DNA of 52,352 nucleotides from a virus (lineage: Duplodnaviria; Caudoviricetes), in the IMG/VR virus record IMGVR_UViG_3300023110_001238, positions 1 to 52,352 of that record; one strand, 5' to 3'. The translations under genes were made by a program, and so were the position numbers. Below the pieces are notes generated by a model. That model was not told the DNA's origin and made no database searches. It was given only the letters and a program-made list of their open reading frames with translations. Below are positions 38,239-48,834 of this stretch, in pieces; position 1 is the stretch's first letter, and each line of letters starts with the position of its first letter.

Positions 38239-39321
38239 ATGAGCATACTTGAAAAACTTAAAAAGAACTCAACTATCAAAGAGAGTTCTATTCTTTCCAA
38301 ATCCAAATATTTTACAGAAAAAGATATTGTAACAACATCAATACCAATGGTCAATGTTGCACTATCTGGTCGATTAGATGGTGGCCTGACGCCGGGTCTA
38401 ACAATGTGGGCTGGGCCTTCTAAGCACTTTAAGACAGCATTTAGTTTATTGATGGCAAAATCATACATGGACAAATATAAAGATGCTGTGTTATTGTTTT
38501 ATGATTCAGAGTTTGGTACTCCTGTAAAATACTTTGAGACATTTGGTATTGATATGGAAAGAGTGTTACATAGTCCATTGACCAATATTGAAGAACTCAA
38601 ATTTGATGTGATGGCTCAATTAGAAAGCATTGAACGAGGTGATAAGCTTATTGTTGTCATTGATTCAATTGGTAATTTGGCATCCAAAAAAGAAGTTGAT
38701 GATGCTCTTGATGGTAAATCAGTGGCAGATATGTCTCGTGCAAAACAAGTTAAGTCATTGTTTAGAATGATTACACCTCATTTAAATCTAAAAGATATTC
38801 CAATGGTTGTAGTAAATCATACATACAAAGAGATTGGAATGTTCCCTAAAGATATCGTTGGTGGTGGAACAGGTTCATACTATTCTGCTGACAATATCTA
38901 CATTCTTGGCCGCCAGCAAGAAAAAGATGGAACAGAAATTAAAGGTTACAACTTTATTATCAATGTTGAAAAATCTAGATATGTAAAAGAGAAATCTAAA
39001 ATTCCTATTACAGTATCATGGGAAGGCGGCATACAGAAATATTCTGGTTTGATTGATATTGCACTTGAAGGTGGTTTTGTTCATAAACCAAGTCCAGGTT
39101 GGTATGCTAAGGTTGATAAAAAGACTGGTGAGCTTGGCGATAAAGTAAGAATGGCTGATACACAGACAAAACAATTTATGCAATCGCTTTTAGATAATCC
39201 TGAATTCCAAGACTATGTGAAGAAAAAATATGAAATTGCCTACTCTAACATTATGGGAGAGATTGATTTATCATCTCAGCCTATTATGGAACAAGATGAC
39301 GAAGAAACAACAGAAAGTTAA
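38239..39321 (+). CDS. uvsX: RecA-like recombinase UvsX
   Basis: AGPSKHFKT, FYDSEFG, IDSIGNLASKKE, GGGTG..YSA. Confidence 0.95.
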   Translation: MSILEKLKKNSTIKESSILSKSKYFTEKDIVTTSIPMVNVALSGRLDGGLTPGLTMWAGPSKHFKTAFSLLMAKSYMDKYKDAVLLFYDSEFGTPVKYFETFGIDMERVLHSPLTNIEELKFDVMAQLESIERGDKLIVVIDSIGNLASKKEVDDALDGKSVADMSRAKQVKSLFRMITPHLNLKDIPMVVVNHTYKEIGMFPKDIVGGGTGSYYSADNIYILGRQQEKDGTEIKGYNFIINVEKSRYVKEKSKIPITVSWEGGIQKYSGLIDIALEGGFVHKPSPGWYAKVDKKTGELGDKVRMADTQTKQFMQSLLDNPEFQDYVKKKYEIAYSNIMGEIDLSSQPIMEQDDEETTES

Positions 39322-39649
39322 GTATGAAGAAGGAATAGATTGGCAATTTGTCAATCCTGACGGTTATACTTTTGAAGATGCACCTGTAACAGCGATTGGT
39401 TTGTTTATAGAGGAATATAAGGGTGTTTTATATCACTATCACAAAGCGAGAGTTGTTGAGCAAGGCGAGGGTGCTAAATTAGAGTTTGGTTATACTATAT
39501 TACAACCTGGCGAACATGATATAGATGACTTGACAAAAGATGAAAAGTTTATTACCATTATGGGTGATATACTTTCAGATATTATAATGGCACAAAAACA
39601 AGATGAACAGACTAGAATCAACAATTTTAAAGAATCTCATTTACAATGA
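39296..39649 (+). CDS. Hypothetical protein (T4 gene 40 position)
   Basis: Start MTKKQQ; lies between uvsX and gp41. Confidence 0.55.
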   Translation: MTKKQQKVKYEEGIDWQFVNPDGYTFEDAPVTAIGLFIEEYKGVLYHYHKARVVEQGEGAKLEFGYTILQPGEHDIDDLTKDEKFITIMGDILSDIIMAQKQDEQTRINNFKESHLQ

Positions 39650-41006
39650 AGAATACACTAGAAAGGTTTTACCGTTTGTAAAACAAGATTACTTTTCAGA
39701 CAACACTGAAAAGATAGTTTTCCAAGAAATTTTTGACTTCATTCAGAAGTTCAAAAATCCACCAACACATGAAGCTCTTGTAATTAATTTTACAGAGAAA
39801 AAAGATTTATCAGAAACACAAGTTGGTGATTCAATTGAATTACTCAAAGAAATCCATCTGGCTAAAGATGAACCAACCGACACAAACTGGTTAATTGGTG
39901 AAACTGAAAAGTTTTGCCAAGATAAAGCCATCTATAACGCCATCATGGATTCTGTATCAATCCTAGATAACAAACAACAAGGCAAAACAAAAGGTGAGAT
40001 ACCAAAATTATTGTCTGACGCTCTTGGTGTTTCATTTGATAGTCATGTTGGCCATGATTACACGGAAGATTCTGATACACGATTCGATTCTTATCATAAA
40101 GTAGAATCCAGAATTCGTTTTGATTTGGACTTATTCAACAAAATTACCAAAGGCGGTCTGCCAGTTAAAACTTTGAACATCGCACTTGCTGGTACCGGTG
40201 TTGGTAAATCTTTGTTTATGTGTCATATGGCGGCTGGTTGTTTATCACAAGGCCATAATGTTTTGTATATCACATTAGAAATGGCCGAAGAAAAGATTGC
40301 TGAAAGAATTGATGCTAATCTACTTGATGTATCTATGACAGAGCTTCACACCATGAGTAAAAAAGATTATAATCGTAAGTTTGAAATGCTTAGAAGTAAA
40401 ACTCATGGCAAATTAATCATCAAAGAATATCCAACTGCGGCTGCTTCAGCTTTACATTTCAGGTCTTTGATTAATGAACTTGCATTAAAGAAAACATTTA
40501 AACCTGATATTATCTTTATTGATTATCTAAACATATGCACATCAGCAAGGGTAAGACCTGGTTCAAATGTAAATACTTATTCATACATCAAGTCTATCGC
40601 TGAAGAGTTAAGAGGCCTGGCAGTCGAGGCAAATGTTCCAATCGTATCAGCAACACAAACAACAAGGTCTGGTTTTACCAATTCGGATCCAGGTCTTGAA
40701 GATACCTCAGAATCATTTGGTCTTCCAGCGACCGCTGACTTTATGTTTGCCTTAATATCAAATGAAGAACTTGATAACCTTGGTCAAATAATGATTAAAC
40801 AATTGAAGAATCGTTATTCTGACCCAAACTATTACAAACGCTTTGTCGTTGGTATCGATAGAGGTAAAATGAGATTGTATGATGCTGAATCATCTGCTCA
40901 GATTGGTCTTGCTGATGTTGGTAATGATGACGATGACAAACCAATCAACACATTTGGTGACAGAGAAAACAAATTCAATAAATCATTTGATGACTTTAAA
41001 GTATGA
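39603..41006 (+). CDS. gp41: Replicative DnaB-like helicase gp41
   Basis: LAGTGVGKS, TLEMAEE, IDYLNI, SATQTTR, KQLKNRY. Confidence 0.95.
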   Translation: MNRLESTILKNLIYNEEYTRKVLPFVKQDYFSDNTEKIVFQEIFDFIQKFKNPPTHEALVINFTEKKDLSETQVGDSIELLKEIHLAKDEPTDTNWLIGETEKFCQDKAIYNAIMDSVSILDNKQQGKTKGEIPKLLSDALGVSFDSHVGHDYTEDSDTRFDSYHKVESRIRFDLDLFNKITKGGLPVKTLNIALAGTGVGKSLFMCHMAAGCLSQGHNVLYITLEMAEEKIAERIDANLLDVSMTELHTMSKKDYNRKFEMLRSKTHGKLIIKEYPTAAASALHFRSLINELALKKTFKPDIIFIDYLNICTSARVRPGSNVNTYSYIKSIAEELRGLAVEANVPIVSATQTTRSGFTNSDPGLEDTSESFGLPATADFMFALISNEELDNLGQIMIKQLKNRYSDPNYYKRFVVGIDRGKMRLYDAESSAQIGLADVGNDDDDKPINTFGDRENKFNKSFDDFKV

Positions 41007-42121
41007 AGCTAACTAAAGACCAAGCACTTCATTGTGCCCAAGCCTATTCTAATTACTTTGACCGATTTGAACGCATTGATGACTATATTCGTGACCAAAA
41101 ACTAAACTCATTATCAGATAGACCGTTTGTTCTGCCTGGTATGGGACCAGAAGAAGATTTATTTTCCGATTTTACAATTCATCCACATGATATGGATTTT
41201 GAGATTGTAGAATTGCCACAAGAAAATTGGGATATCTATCTCAATATGATTTCATCTCACTCTAATATGACAAGTATTCCCGGTCGCTGTTTAAGATTGG
41301 CCGTTTTGGAAAAACATACAAAGAAGTGGGTTGGGTTTATACGCCTTGGTTCTCCAGTAATTAACATGAAACCAAGAAATGAAATGCTAGGCCAGGTTTT
41401 CACCCAAACCAAAGAAGGAGCTGAAGCATTTAATAAAACCTCAATAATGGGCTTTGTGATTGTGCCATCTCAGCCTTTTGGTTTTAATTATCTTGGCGGT
41501 AAATTGCTGGCTGCCATTTGTTGTTCACATTGGGTTCGTGAAAGGCTAAATGCCAAATATAATATGAATACCTGTTTGTTTGAAACAACAAGTTTATATG
41601 GAAGTTCCAAGGCGTCCTCACAATACGATGGTATGAAGCCATATCTTCGTTTCAAAGGTCTAACAGATTCAGACTTTTTACCAATGATGCACGGCAAACC
41701 ATATGATGACCTTAAATCATATGTTGAAGAAGCCATTGGTGATGAAATTGTTCCGTTAGATGCCTCATCACGCAAACTTAAAATATCAAACAAGATAATA
41801 TCACTCACTAAAGTTGCACTCAAAGGCGAACCTGAATATGATAAGTTTATGAAAACTATTCAGAACGCTTTGAATCTAACTGAAAAGAAAAGATATTATG
41901 CTTCAAATTATGGTTTCAGTAACTTTGTTGATGTTGTTACAGGTAAGACTGATAAGTTAATAGAAGACAAAGAGAACTATGATAAACACCATTTAGAAAA
42001 CATTGTAGAATGGTGGAAGAATAAAGCAGCTAACCGATATGATAAGTTAGTAGAAGAACAAAGACTTAGAACTGATATAGAAGTTTGGACTGGCGATAAA
42101 GAGCTTGACATAATACGGTAA
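41003..42121 (+). CDS. DUF4338/DruA-like protein, paralogue 2
   Basis: IVPSQPFGFNYLGGKLLAAICCS, ETTSLYG, SQYDG; clearly homologous to 23233-24516. Confidence 0.6.
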   Translation: MKLTKDQALHCAQAYSNYFDRFERIDDYIRDQKLNSLSDRPFVLPGMGPEEDLFSDFTIHPHDMDFEIVELPQENWDIYLNMISSHSNMTSIPGRCLRLAVLEKHTKKWVGFIRLGSPVINMKPRNEMLGQVFTQTKEGAEAFNKTSIMGFVIVPSQPFGFNYLGGKLLAAICCSHWVRERLNAKYNMNTCLFETTSLYGSSKASSQYDGMKPYLRFKGLTDSDFLPMMHGKPYDDLKSYVEEAIGDEIVPLDASSRKLKISNKIISLTKVALKGEPEYDKFMKTIQNALNLTEKKRYYASNYGFSNFVDVVTGKTDKLIEDKENYDKHHLENIVEWWKNKAANRYDKLVEEQRLRTDIEVWTGDKELDIIR

Positions 42122-42138
42122 TTATGTTAGCATAAATA
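42105..42138 (+). promoter_or_regulatory. Overlapping sigma70-type and late promoters
   Basis: TTGACA-17 nt-TAGCAT overlapping CATAAATA (42131-38). Confidence 0.5.
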
Positions 42139-42164
42139 CTCCATTAAATTAAAGGAGTTTTTAA

Positions 42165-43211
42165 TTGGTTGATAAAAGAGTTGATACTACACAAAATGCT
42201 AGTGTTACAGAACTTTTTCCAGCATTGGTTTTTAATAACAATTATAAATGCTCAACCGTTGAACACTTAAGAAAATATTTGGAAAAAATAAACTTTTCAA
42301 CCACAAATGTGAAAAAGACATTTGTTAATACATCAAATATAGATGCCGGTAAAAAAGTGATTCAGAATTTAGATACCATGAAGCCCGCTATCTATAAAGA
42401 TAAAATGGAAAATGCAATAGGTATTAGTAACTTTTTGTTTGAATTGAATAAAAGTAATCCTATTGAAAAGGTTATTTGGGGATACAGAGAAAAACCTATT
42501 GGTATTCCATCAAATCACGCAGGAGATATTTTTGTATTTTTTAAATCAAAACAAAAAATAGGAATAAGTTTAAAGGCTGGTACAGTAACATCAAAAGAAC
42601 CTCTTTTAAACACATATGTAGCAACAACATATAAAAAGTTAAAAAAAGAAAAAGAACTAAAAAAACTTGAAGATGAATTGTGGAATAAAGTTTATTCCAA
42701 AGTTCCAGGTGCAAAAGACATAGCATCAAAAGCAAATTATATGACAAAGAAAAATGAAGTCACTTCGTTGTATGTTACATATTTTACACATCATCAAAAA
42801 GAAGCTGATGAATTATATAATCAAATGTTATTGGTTTCTCGTCAGCAAATATGTGATGTAATTAATAGACTTTCTTTGAAAGAATTTAAAGATTGGATTA
42901 GAAATAATTTTAATTTACAATCAAACAAAGTAGAGGTGCCTTTAATATTAGTTAAAGCTGTTGGAAAAACTGCAAGTCAAAAATCGGATGATTTGGCTTC
43001 TTTATTACCATCAATAAAAAAGTTTAAAGCTTATTTAAACAAAAGTTCTGTTCAAGGATGGTTTATTGATGTTCAATCAGGCAATATTAAAAAAACATTA
43101 ATTATGACAATCAGAAGTGATTCTGGCGTTAGAGCAGAAAAAAAACCAAGTCAGCAAGGCAGATTAGGAAAATACACCATGTTAAAACTACAATATAGCG
43201 GCATACAATAA
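42165..43211 (+). CDS. Putative PD-(D/E)xK-like nuclease
   Basis: AAGGAG RBS, TTG start; GDIFV...IGISLK (D...SxK variant); Lys-rich and AT-rich. Confidence 0.45.
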   Translation: MVDKRVDTTQNASVTELFPALVFNNNYKCSTVEHLRKYLEKINFSTTNVKKTFVNTSNIDAGKKVIQNLDTMKPAIYKDKMENAIGISNFLFELNKSNPIEKVIWGYREKPIGIPSNHAGDIFVFFKSKQKIGISLKAGTVTSKEPLLNTYVATTYKKLKKEKELKKLEDELWNKVYSKVPGAKDIASKANYMTKKNEVTSLYVTYFTHHQKEADELYNQMLLVSRQQICDVINRLSLKEFKDWIRNNFNLQSNKVEVPLILVKAVGKTASQKSDDLASLLPSIKKFKAYLNKSSVQGWFIDVQSGNIKKTLIMTIRSDSGVRAEKKPSQQGRLGKYTMLKLQYSGIQ

Positions 43212-44440
43212 TGAAATTTTCAGATTACTTAACAGAAGCTAACTTATCAAAGAATGTTCATTTAGAACATTTGGAAGATGAAGTATTAAACCGTGGTGTC
43301 ACAGGCGCCAGAGATGCTATTAACTTTTTACAATCTTTAAGAGATATGTTAGCAGGTAATTCTATTTCTCATATCAATGTTACAACAAAATGGGACGGTG
43401 CGCCTGCTGTGTTTGCAGGTATTAATCCAGAAAATGGCAAGTTCTTTGTTGGAACAAAAGGTGTATTTGCTAAAAACGCCAAACTTAATTACACACCACA
43501 AGATGTTGATAAGAATCATCCAAATCCAGGTTTAAATAAGAAATTAAAACTAGCATTGAGATATCTACCAAAACTTGGTATCAAAGGTATTCTACAAGGC
43601 GATATGATGTTTAGTAAAGGTGATATTAAATCAGAAGTTATTGATGGTGAGAAAATGGTTACATTTACACCAAACACAATCACCTATGCCGTACCAGCTG
43701 ATTCAAAGTTAGCAAGTAATATGCAGGCCGCTCAAGTTGGAATTGTCTTTCATACTTCTTACACAGGTCAAAAAATGGAAGATATGAAAGCCAGTTTCAA
43801 CATTGACATTAAGAATTTAGCAACAACAAGAGATGTTTGGTTCCGTGATGCAGACTATACTGATGCTTCAGGTACAGCAACATTTACATTACAAGAAACA
43901 AAAAATATTACAAGAGTATTATCAGATGTTGGTTCATTATTTAAGAAAACTAATCCATTAGCAATGAATCGTGTTGCAAATAATGATAAGATAAGAAACT
44001 TTATTAAAACATTTAATAATAAAAAAGTAAGAGAAGGCGAACCAATTAGAGATACTATTTCACATACAAGAGAACTTATACTTGATGTTGAAAAACAAAT
44101 GAATGATAATATTTTGGACGCAAAACGAGAAGAAACAAAACGCAACCGTCAAGCAGAGAAGACGGAGATTATGCGTTTTTTCCGAACATATGCAATTGAA
44201 CTCAAAAAGATGTTTGATATTCAGAATGGTTTGATTGAGGCTAAAATGATGATAGTTCGTAAGTTACAACAAGTAGAACAAGTTGCAAGAACATTCATCA
44301 AAACGGATTCTGGATATAGAATAACTGCACCAGAAGGATTTGTTGCAGTGGATCATTTAAAAGGAAACGCAGTGAAGTTGGTTGATAGACTAGAGTTTAG
44401 TCAGGCTAATTTCAATGCAGCTAAAAACTGGAGTAAATAA
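43211..44440 (+). CDS. Conserved T4-like protein with ligase/nucleotidyltransferase motifs
   Basis: TTKWDG (motif I KxDG), LQGDMMF, PEGFVAV, VKLV; N-terminus MKFSDYLTE. Confidence 0.55.
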   Translation: MKFSDYLTEANLSKNVHLEHLEDEVLNRGVTGARDAINFLQSLRDMLAGNSISHINVTTKWDGAPAVFAGINPENGKFFVGTKGVFAKNAKLNYTPQDVDKNHPNPGLNKKLKLALRYLPKLGIKGILQGDMMFSKGDIKSEVIDGEKMVTFTPNTITYAVPADSKLASNMQAAQVGIVFHTSYTGQKMEDMKASFNIDIKNLATTRDVWFRDADYTDASGTATFTLQETKNITRVLSDVGSLFKKTNPLAMNRVANNDKIRNFIKTFNNKKVREGEPIRDTISHTRELILDVEKQMNDNILDAKREETKRNRQAEKTEIMRFFRTYAIELKKMFDIQNGLIEAKMMIVRKLQQVEQVARTFIKTDSGYRITAPEGFVAVDHLKGNAVKLVDRLEFSQANFNAAKNWSK

Positions 44441-44731
44441 ATGGCATACGATTTAAATCAAATTATAGCTCAATATGGTACAGATGATTTTGGTTTCTCA
44501 ACCGATTTTTCTACCGTATCGGAAGCAGAATACAACACAAAAATTGTTGAAGAAGTAAAAGCAGAAGATACAGCAATCACTTCTCAAAAAATGCAACAAC
44601 TTGAGAAACTTGTTTTACCTTTCTTCACCAAATTACTTAAGACAGCTGATAAAGAATACATTTATTGGCCAAATAGAACTGCGGCTGTTGAAGCACAAAT
44701 ACAAAAAATATTACAAATTACACGAGGTTAA
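44441..44731 (+). CDS. Hypothetical protein
   Basis: 96 aa abutting neighbours. Confidence 0.65.
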   Translation: MAYDLNQIIAQYGTDDFGFSTDFSTVSEAEYNTKIVEEVKAEDTAITSQKMQQLEKLVLPFFTKLLKTADKEYIYWPNRTAAVEAQIQKILQITRG

Positions 44732-45451
44732 ATGGAAACATTTGGTGAATTTTTGACCGAAGGAAAAGATGACAAAGGTGGTCTAACCATTTTTGACATT
44801 GATGATACTCTCTTCAAAACAACAGCAAGAGTTAATGTTGTTAAGGGTGGTAAAAAGGTCAAAGAACTCAAAACGGGTGAATACAATAACTATCGCTTGA
44901 AAAATGGTGAGAGCTTTGACTTCTCTGAATTTAAAGATGCGTTAAAGTTTCAGAAAGAATCGAGACCAATCAGAAGAATGATGGCAAAAGCCAAAGCTAT
45001 TCTTCAAAATGCCATGAGAAAACCAAAAAGTAAAGTAATTGTTGTGACTGCACGAAATAACATGGACAACAAACAAGTATTTTTAGATACATTTAAACAA
45101 CATGGTTTTCCAATTGAACGAGTTAGAGTTGAACGAGCTGGTCGCCTCGCTGATGTATCAGGAACAGCACAACAAAAAGCAATCATCATTTATAATTATT
45201 TAAAAACAGGACAATTTGGTCGTGTTAGATTATTTGATGATAGTGTTGAGAACCTTAAAAAGTTTTTAAGTTTAAAAAGATATTTTCCAAAAGTTGAGTT
45301 TCAAGCATTTTATGCTAAAGATGATGGTTCAGTAAAAACAATTAAAGAAGAACATGGTGCTGGTGAATGGGGCACATCAGAATTACTGAATAAATATTTA
45401 GACGATACACCCTATTCAAGGCCAAAAAAGAAAAAAGAAAAAAAAGTATAG
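44732..45451 (+). CDS. HAD-family phosphatase
   Basis: FDIDDT (DxDxT), VTAR, K, FDDS; N-terminus METFGEFLTE. Confidence 0.8.
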   Translation: METFGEFLTEGKDDKGGLTIFDIDDTLFKTTARVNVVKGGKKVKELKTGEYNNYRLKNGESFDFSEFKDALKFQKESRPIRRMMAKAKAILQNAMRKPKSKVIVVTARNNMDNKQVFLDTFKQHGFPIERVRVERAGRLADVSGTAQQKAIIIYNYLKTGQFGRVRLFDDSVENLKKFLSLKRYFPKVEFQAFYAKDDGSVKTIKEEHGAGEWGTSELLNKYLDDTPYSRPKKKKEKKV

Positions 45452-45460
45452 GATTTTATT

Positions 45461-46327
45461 ATGATTTTACTTAATGATATTGTGGTTGGTACTATTACTG
45501 GTTATGATTTTGATAAAATAAAACCTTGGGTCAATTCATTAGACCAATCTGGTTTTACCGGCACAAAAGCAATGATATGTTATAATGTTGACTATGATAC
45601 GGTTGATGAATTGATTAAAAGAAACTATTCAATTCTTGCTTTTGGTAAAGACGAAGAAAACAAAACACTCAAATATCCCAAAGAAAACTTTTCAATTGTT
45701 GTGGAAAGATTTCTACATCTCTGGTACCTACTCAAACGATTTAAAGGACAATATAGATACATCATTACAACCGATGTCAAAGATGTTATCTTTCAGACCA
45801 ATCCATCAGAATGGTTAGAAAAAAACATTGGTGATAAAGAAATCAATGTTGCATGTGAATCTATAAAATACAAAGATGAGAATTGGGGCACCAACAACTT
45901 AATGAAATCTTTTGGTGCATTGATACATGAAGAATGTAATGACAATCTCATCTATAATGCAGGTACTATCTCTGGTAAATTTGATACAATGGTTGATTTC
46001 TTTTTGAACATCTATATGCTTTGTAATGGCACACAACACCTTATTGAAGGTGGTGGCGGACCAGACCAAGCCGCATTAAATGTTTTACTTAATATGAAAT
46101 CATACAAAGACATTACAAACTTTGCAAAATCAGAAGACGGTTGGGCTGCACAGTTAGGAACAACAGGACCACAAATTAAAGACCAATATGGAGATAAGGT
46201 TGTTGAACCAAGTCCAATAATGAAAGATGGTATGGTTTGCACATCAACTGGAACACCATTTGCATTGGTACATCAATATGACCGTGTGCCTGAGTGGAAA
46301 GAAATGATTGAGAAAAAATATGAATAA
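45461..46327 (+). CDS. Putative glycosyltransferase
   Basis: TDVKDV.FQ.NP, NAG, DQAALN, HQYDR. Confidence 0.6.
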   Translation: MILLNDIVVGTITGYDFDKIKPWVNSLDQSGFTGTKAMICYNVDYDTVDELIKRNYSILAFGKDEENKTLKYPKENFSIVVERFLHLWYLLKRFKGQYRYIITTDVKDVIFQTNPSEWLEKNIGDKEINVACESIKYKDENWGTNNLMKSFGALIHEECNDNLIYNAGTISGKFDTMVDFFLNIYMLCNGTQHLIEGGGGPDQAALNVLLNMKSYKDITNFAKSEDGWAAQLGTTGPQIKDQYGDKVVEPSPIMKDGMVCTSTGTPFALVHQYDRVPEWKEMIEKKYE

Positions 46328-47048
46328 TATTATTTTTGTGCCGGTTGGAATACCACTAAACTTTCATGATGCCTATGATAAAGACAATCATTGGCGATAT
46401 ACAAAAGTCACCAGAAACTATCAGACCGTTGTTTATAATTTTAATGATTACCACATAGAAGATGGTACTTATGATATCCTTATAAAAGATAAAGGTTTTA
46501 AATGGGATATGGCTAGACATTTTATGGAAACTTATGATTATCGTGATTATGATTACATAGGTTTTTGGGACGATGACCTTGTTACTGATATAGAAAGTGT
46601 CAATCGTGGTTTAGAAATTGCAAAAGAAAATGATATAAAAATATGGCAGTTATCTACAATCGCTGGTTCTGATTCAAGTCATGGTATTTTACATCAAGAC
46701 CAAACCTGTAAATATTCACTTACAAATTTCAATGAAGGCATGGGTGTTTTCTTTCATTCATCATTGATACCTAAACTATTAAAGTTTTTTGAGTATCATG
46801 AGGTAAAAAGTGGATATGGTTTTGATTGGATATTTTCATCAATCACAAAAGAAAAATGTGGCGTGATACATGAAGTTTCAATGTATCATCCTGGCAAACA
46901 AACATATTATGATGTTAGCGAAGCAAATAAAGAAATGGCAGATATTTTTCAAAACATATATCCGAAATACATGAAAGAGGTTTATGATGAAGAAACTGGA
47001 CCATTTCAAGCAGAATATAAATTATATGAAACTACAATAAAGGTATAA
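46320..47048 (+). CDS. Putative glycosyltransferase (DUF707-like)
   Basis: KW...YDYIGFWDDDL, TNF.E, SGYGFDW. Confidence 0.55.
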   Translation: MNNIIFVPVGIPLNFHDAYDKDNHWRYTKVTRNYQTVVYNFNDYHIEDGTYDILIKDKGFKWDMARHFMETYDYRDYDYIGFWDDDLVTDIESVNRGLEIAKENDIKIWQLSTIAGSDSSHGILHQDQTCKYSLTNFNEGMGVFFHSSLIPKLLKFFEYHEVKSGYGFDWIFSSITKEKCGVIHEVSMYHPGKQTYYDVSEANKEMADIFQNIYPKYMKEVYDEETGPFQAEYKLYETTIKV

Positions 47049-47050
47049 TT

Positions 47051-48187
47051 ATGGCAGAAGTTATTAAACTAAAAACCGCTCTAGGTTCATTGAGTAAAGA
47101 AACAAAGAAAGATTATGTAGTTGATAATCAAATTAAAGGCCGTAGTTTCTCAAGTAATCATGCTAAGTTACTGAAACACATGGACAGATTGATTGAATTA
47201 CAAGAAGGTAAAAGACCAAGACCTGTGATGTTTCATATGTCACCATGTAATCCTTGTAATCTAACTTGTTCATTCTGCTGTTTTGCCAATCGTGCCATGA
47301 AAGAGATGCTTACTGTTGAACAAATGAAATCAGCGATTGACCAATTTTGGGACCTAGGCGTGAGAGGCATGGAATTTACGGGTGGTGGCGAACCAACATT
47401 ACATCCAAAACTTGATGAAGTCATTGAATATGCCTACAATAAAGGTTTCAAAATGGGTATCTGTACCAATGGTTCTAAATTAAGAAAGATTAAGAATTGG
47501 CACATGATGTCATGGGTTCGTTTAGGAATGTATTCATTTGATGAAAAGAAACCCTATGAATATCACCTTGATGTGTTTGATGGTTTAGATATAGAAATCA
47601 CAGCCGCATATGTGTGGGACGGTGCCACAGACACCTCCACGAATCCAAATATCACAGGCGAATGGTTAGATGACCATGCGAAGAAACTTGCAACCAACGA
47701 ATATAAAGAAGAAAACTTTATGAAGATGTTGAAGTGGGTTGAAGACCATAAAATACCATGTCGTATTGCTTTCAATGCCATCAAAGACACCAAAATTGTG
47801 GCTCAAGACATTGAAACCATTAAAGGTTTAATTGCTAAACATGAAGCGGAACATGGTAAATTACAATACGCTTTCTTATCTGATTTTAATTTTAAGGGCG
47901 AAAGACGAAACAATCACTGTTATATGCACACAGTTAAGCCTTGTGTCTTTACAGATGGTAATGTATATGTTTGTCCATCTGCTGAGTTAGCACCAGAAAA
48001 TAATTATGCAGTTAATGATGAATTTAAATTGTGTGATATTGAAGGCATTACAGATTTTTATAATTCACAAGTAGGTGGTGCAGATGAATTTAGAAGACAC
48101 CATGATTGTTCATTCTGTAAGTATGCTTATCAAAACGAATTGATTGATGATGTATTGATGCCAACTAAACATAATGATTTTGCTTAG
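47051..48187 (+). CDS. Radical SAM protein with C-terminal auxiliary cluster (SPASM/twitch-like)
   Basis: CNLTCSFC, TGGGEP, TNG; C-terminal C..DG.VY.C and CSFC. Confidence 0.88.
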   Translation: MAEVIKLKTALGSLSKETKKDYVVDNQIKGRSFSSNHAKLLKHMDRLIELQEGKRPRPVMFHMSPCNPCNLTCSFCCFANRAMKEMLTVEQMKSAIDQFWDLGVRGMEFTGGGEPTLHPKLDEVIEYAYNKGFKMGICTNGSKLRKIKNWHMMSWVRLGMYSFDEKKPYEYHLDVFDGLDIEITAAYVWDGATDTSTNPNITGEWLDDHAKKLATNEYKEENFMKMLKWVEDHKIPCRIAFNAIKDTKIVAQDIETIKGLIAKHEAEHGKLQYAFLSDFNFKGERRNNHCYMHTVKPCVFTDGNVYVCPSAELAPENNYAVNDEFKLCDIEGITDFYNSQVGGADEFRRHHDCSFCKYAYQNELIDDVLMPTKHNDFA

Positions 48188-48831
48188 TGTACTCGCCTGT
48201 TCACAATACATTTTTTGTTCATGTACCAAAGACAGCTGGTTCTTCTGTTGAAAAATGGTTATGGGACGCTAATGGATTTCCAAATAAAGATTTAATTTTT
48301 ACAAATAAATATTCACAGTATGAATCAAGAAATTTTTTATTTGGTTATGTTGAAGGATTAGGTGATTTATGTCAACATATGAAATCAAAATTTGCTATTG
48401 AAAGTCATTTAAAAGAGTTTACAGAAGCTAAATATAAATTTTCTATTGTTAGAAATCCTTTTGATAGGTTTGTTAGTGAATATTATTTCCTTCAAAAAAT
48501 AAAACCTAATGATACAATAACATGGAAATTATTGTTAGAACAATATCATGACAATTCACGAAAATGGATTCACTTTCATGAACAACATACATTTTTATAT
48601 GACGGTCAAAATCTTCTTGTTGATGATGTTTTTAGATTTGAAGATTTACAGTTTATGGAAAAAACATTAAAAGAAAAACTTTCTCCTAGATTTAAATTAT
48701 ATTTTGAAAACAAAAATCCAAAAAAAGATGAAAGACATTATAGTGAGATTATTCCAAAAGAATATAAAAATGAATTAATTGAAAAGTGTAAGCTTGATTG
48801 TGAAATATTTGGTTATGAATTTGAGGAATAA
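48187..48831 (+). CDS. Sulfotransferase-family protein
   Basis: FVHVPKTAGSS (5'-PSB) and VRNPFDRFVSEY (3'-PB). Confidence 0.85.
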   Translation: MYSPVHNTFFVHVPKTAGSSVEKWLWDANGFPNKDLIFTNKYSQYESRNFLFGYVEGLGDLCQHMKSKFAIESHLKEFTEAKYKFSIVRNPFDRFVSEYYFLQKIKPNDTITWKLLLEQYHDNSRKWIHFHEQHTFLYDGQNLLVDDVFRFEDLQFMEKTLKEKLSPRFKLYFENKNPKKDERHYSEIIPKEYKNELIEKCKLDCEIFGYEFEE

Positions 48832-48834
48832 ATT

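Noticed and set aside
23233-42121. Complete Druantia defence system
   Set aside because: Only DruA-like genes; no DruE helicase or other dru genes, and the copies sit in phage core operons
47051-48187. Radical SAM gene as PqqE partner of pqqA
   Set aside because: 13 kb away, embedded among GT/sulfotransferase/MTase genes, no pqqD/B/C nearby and no recognisable PqqE-specific motifs
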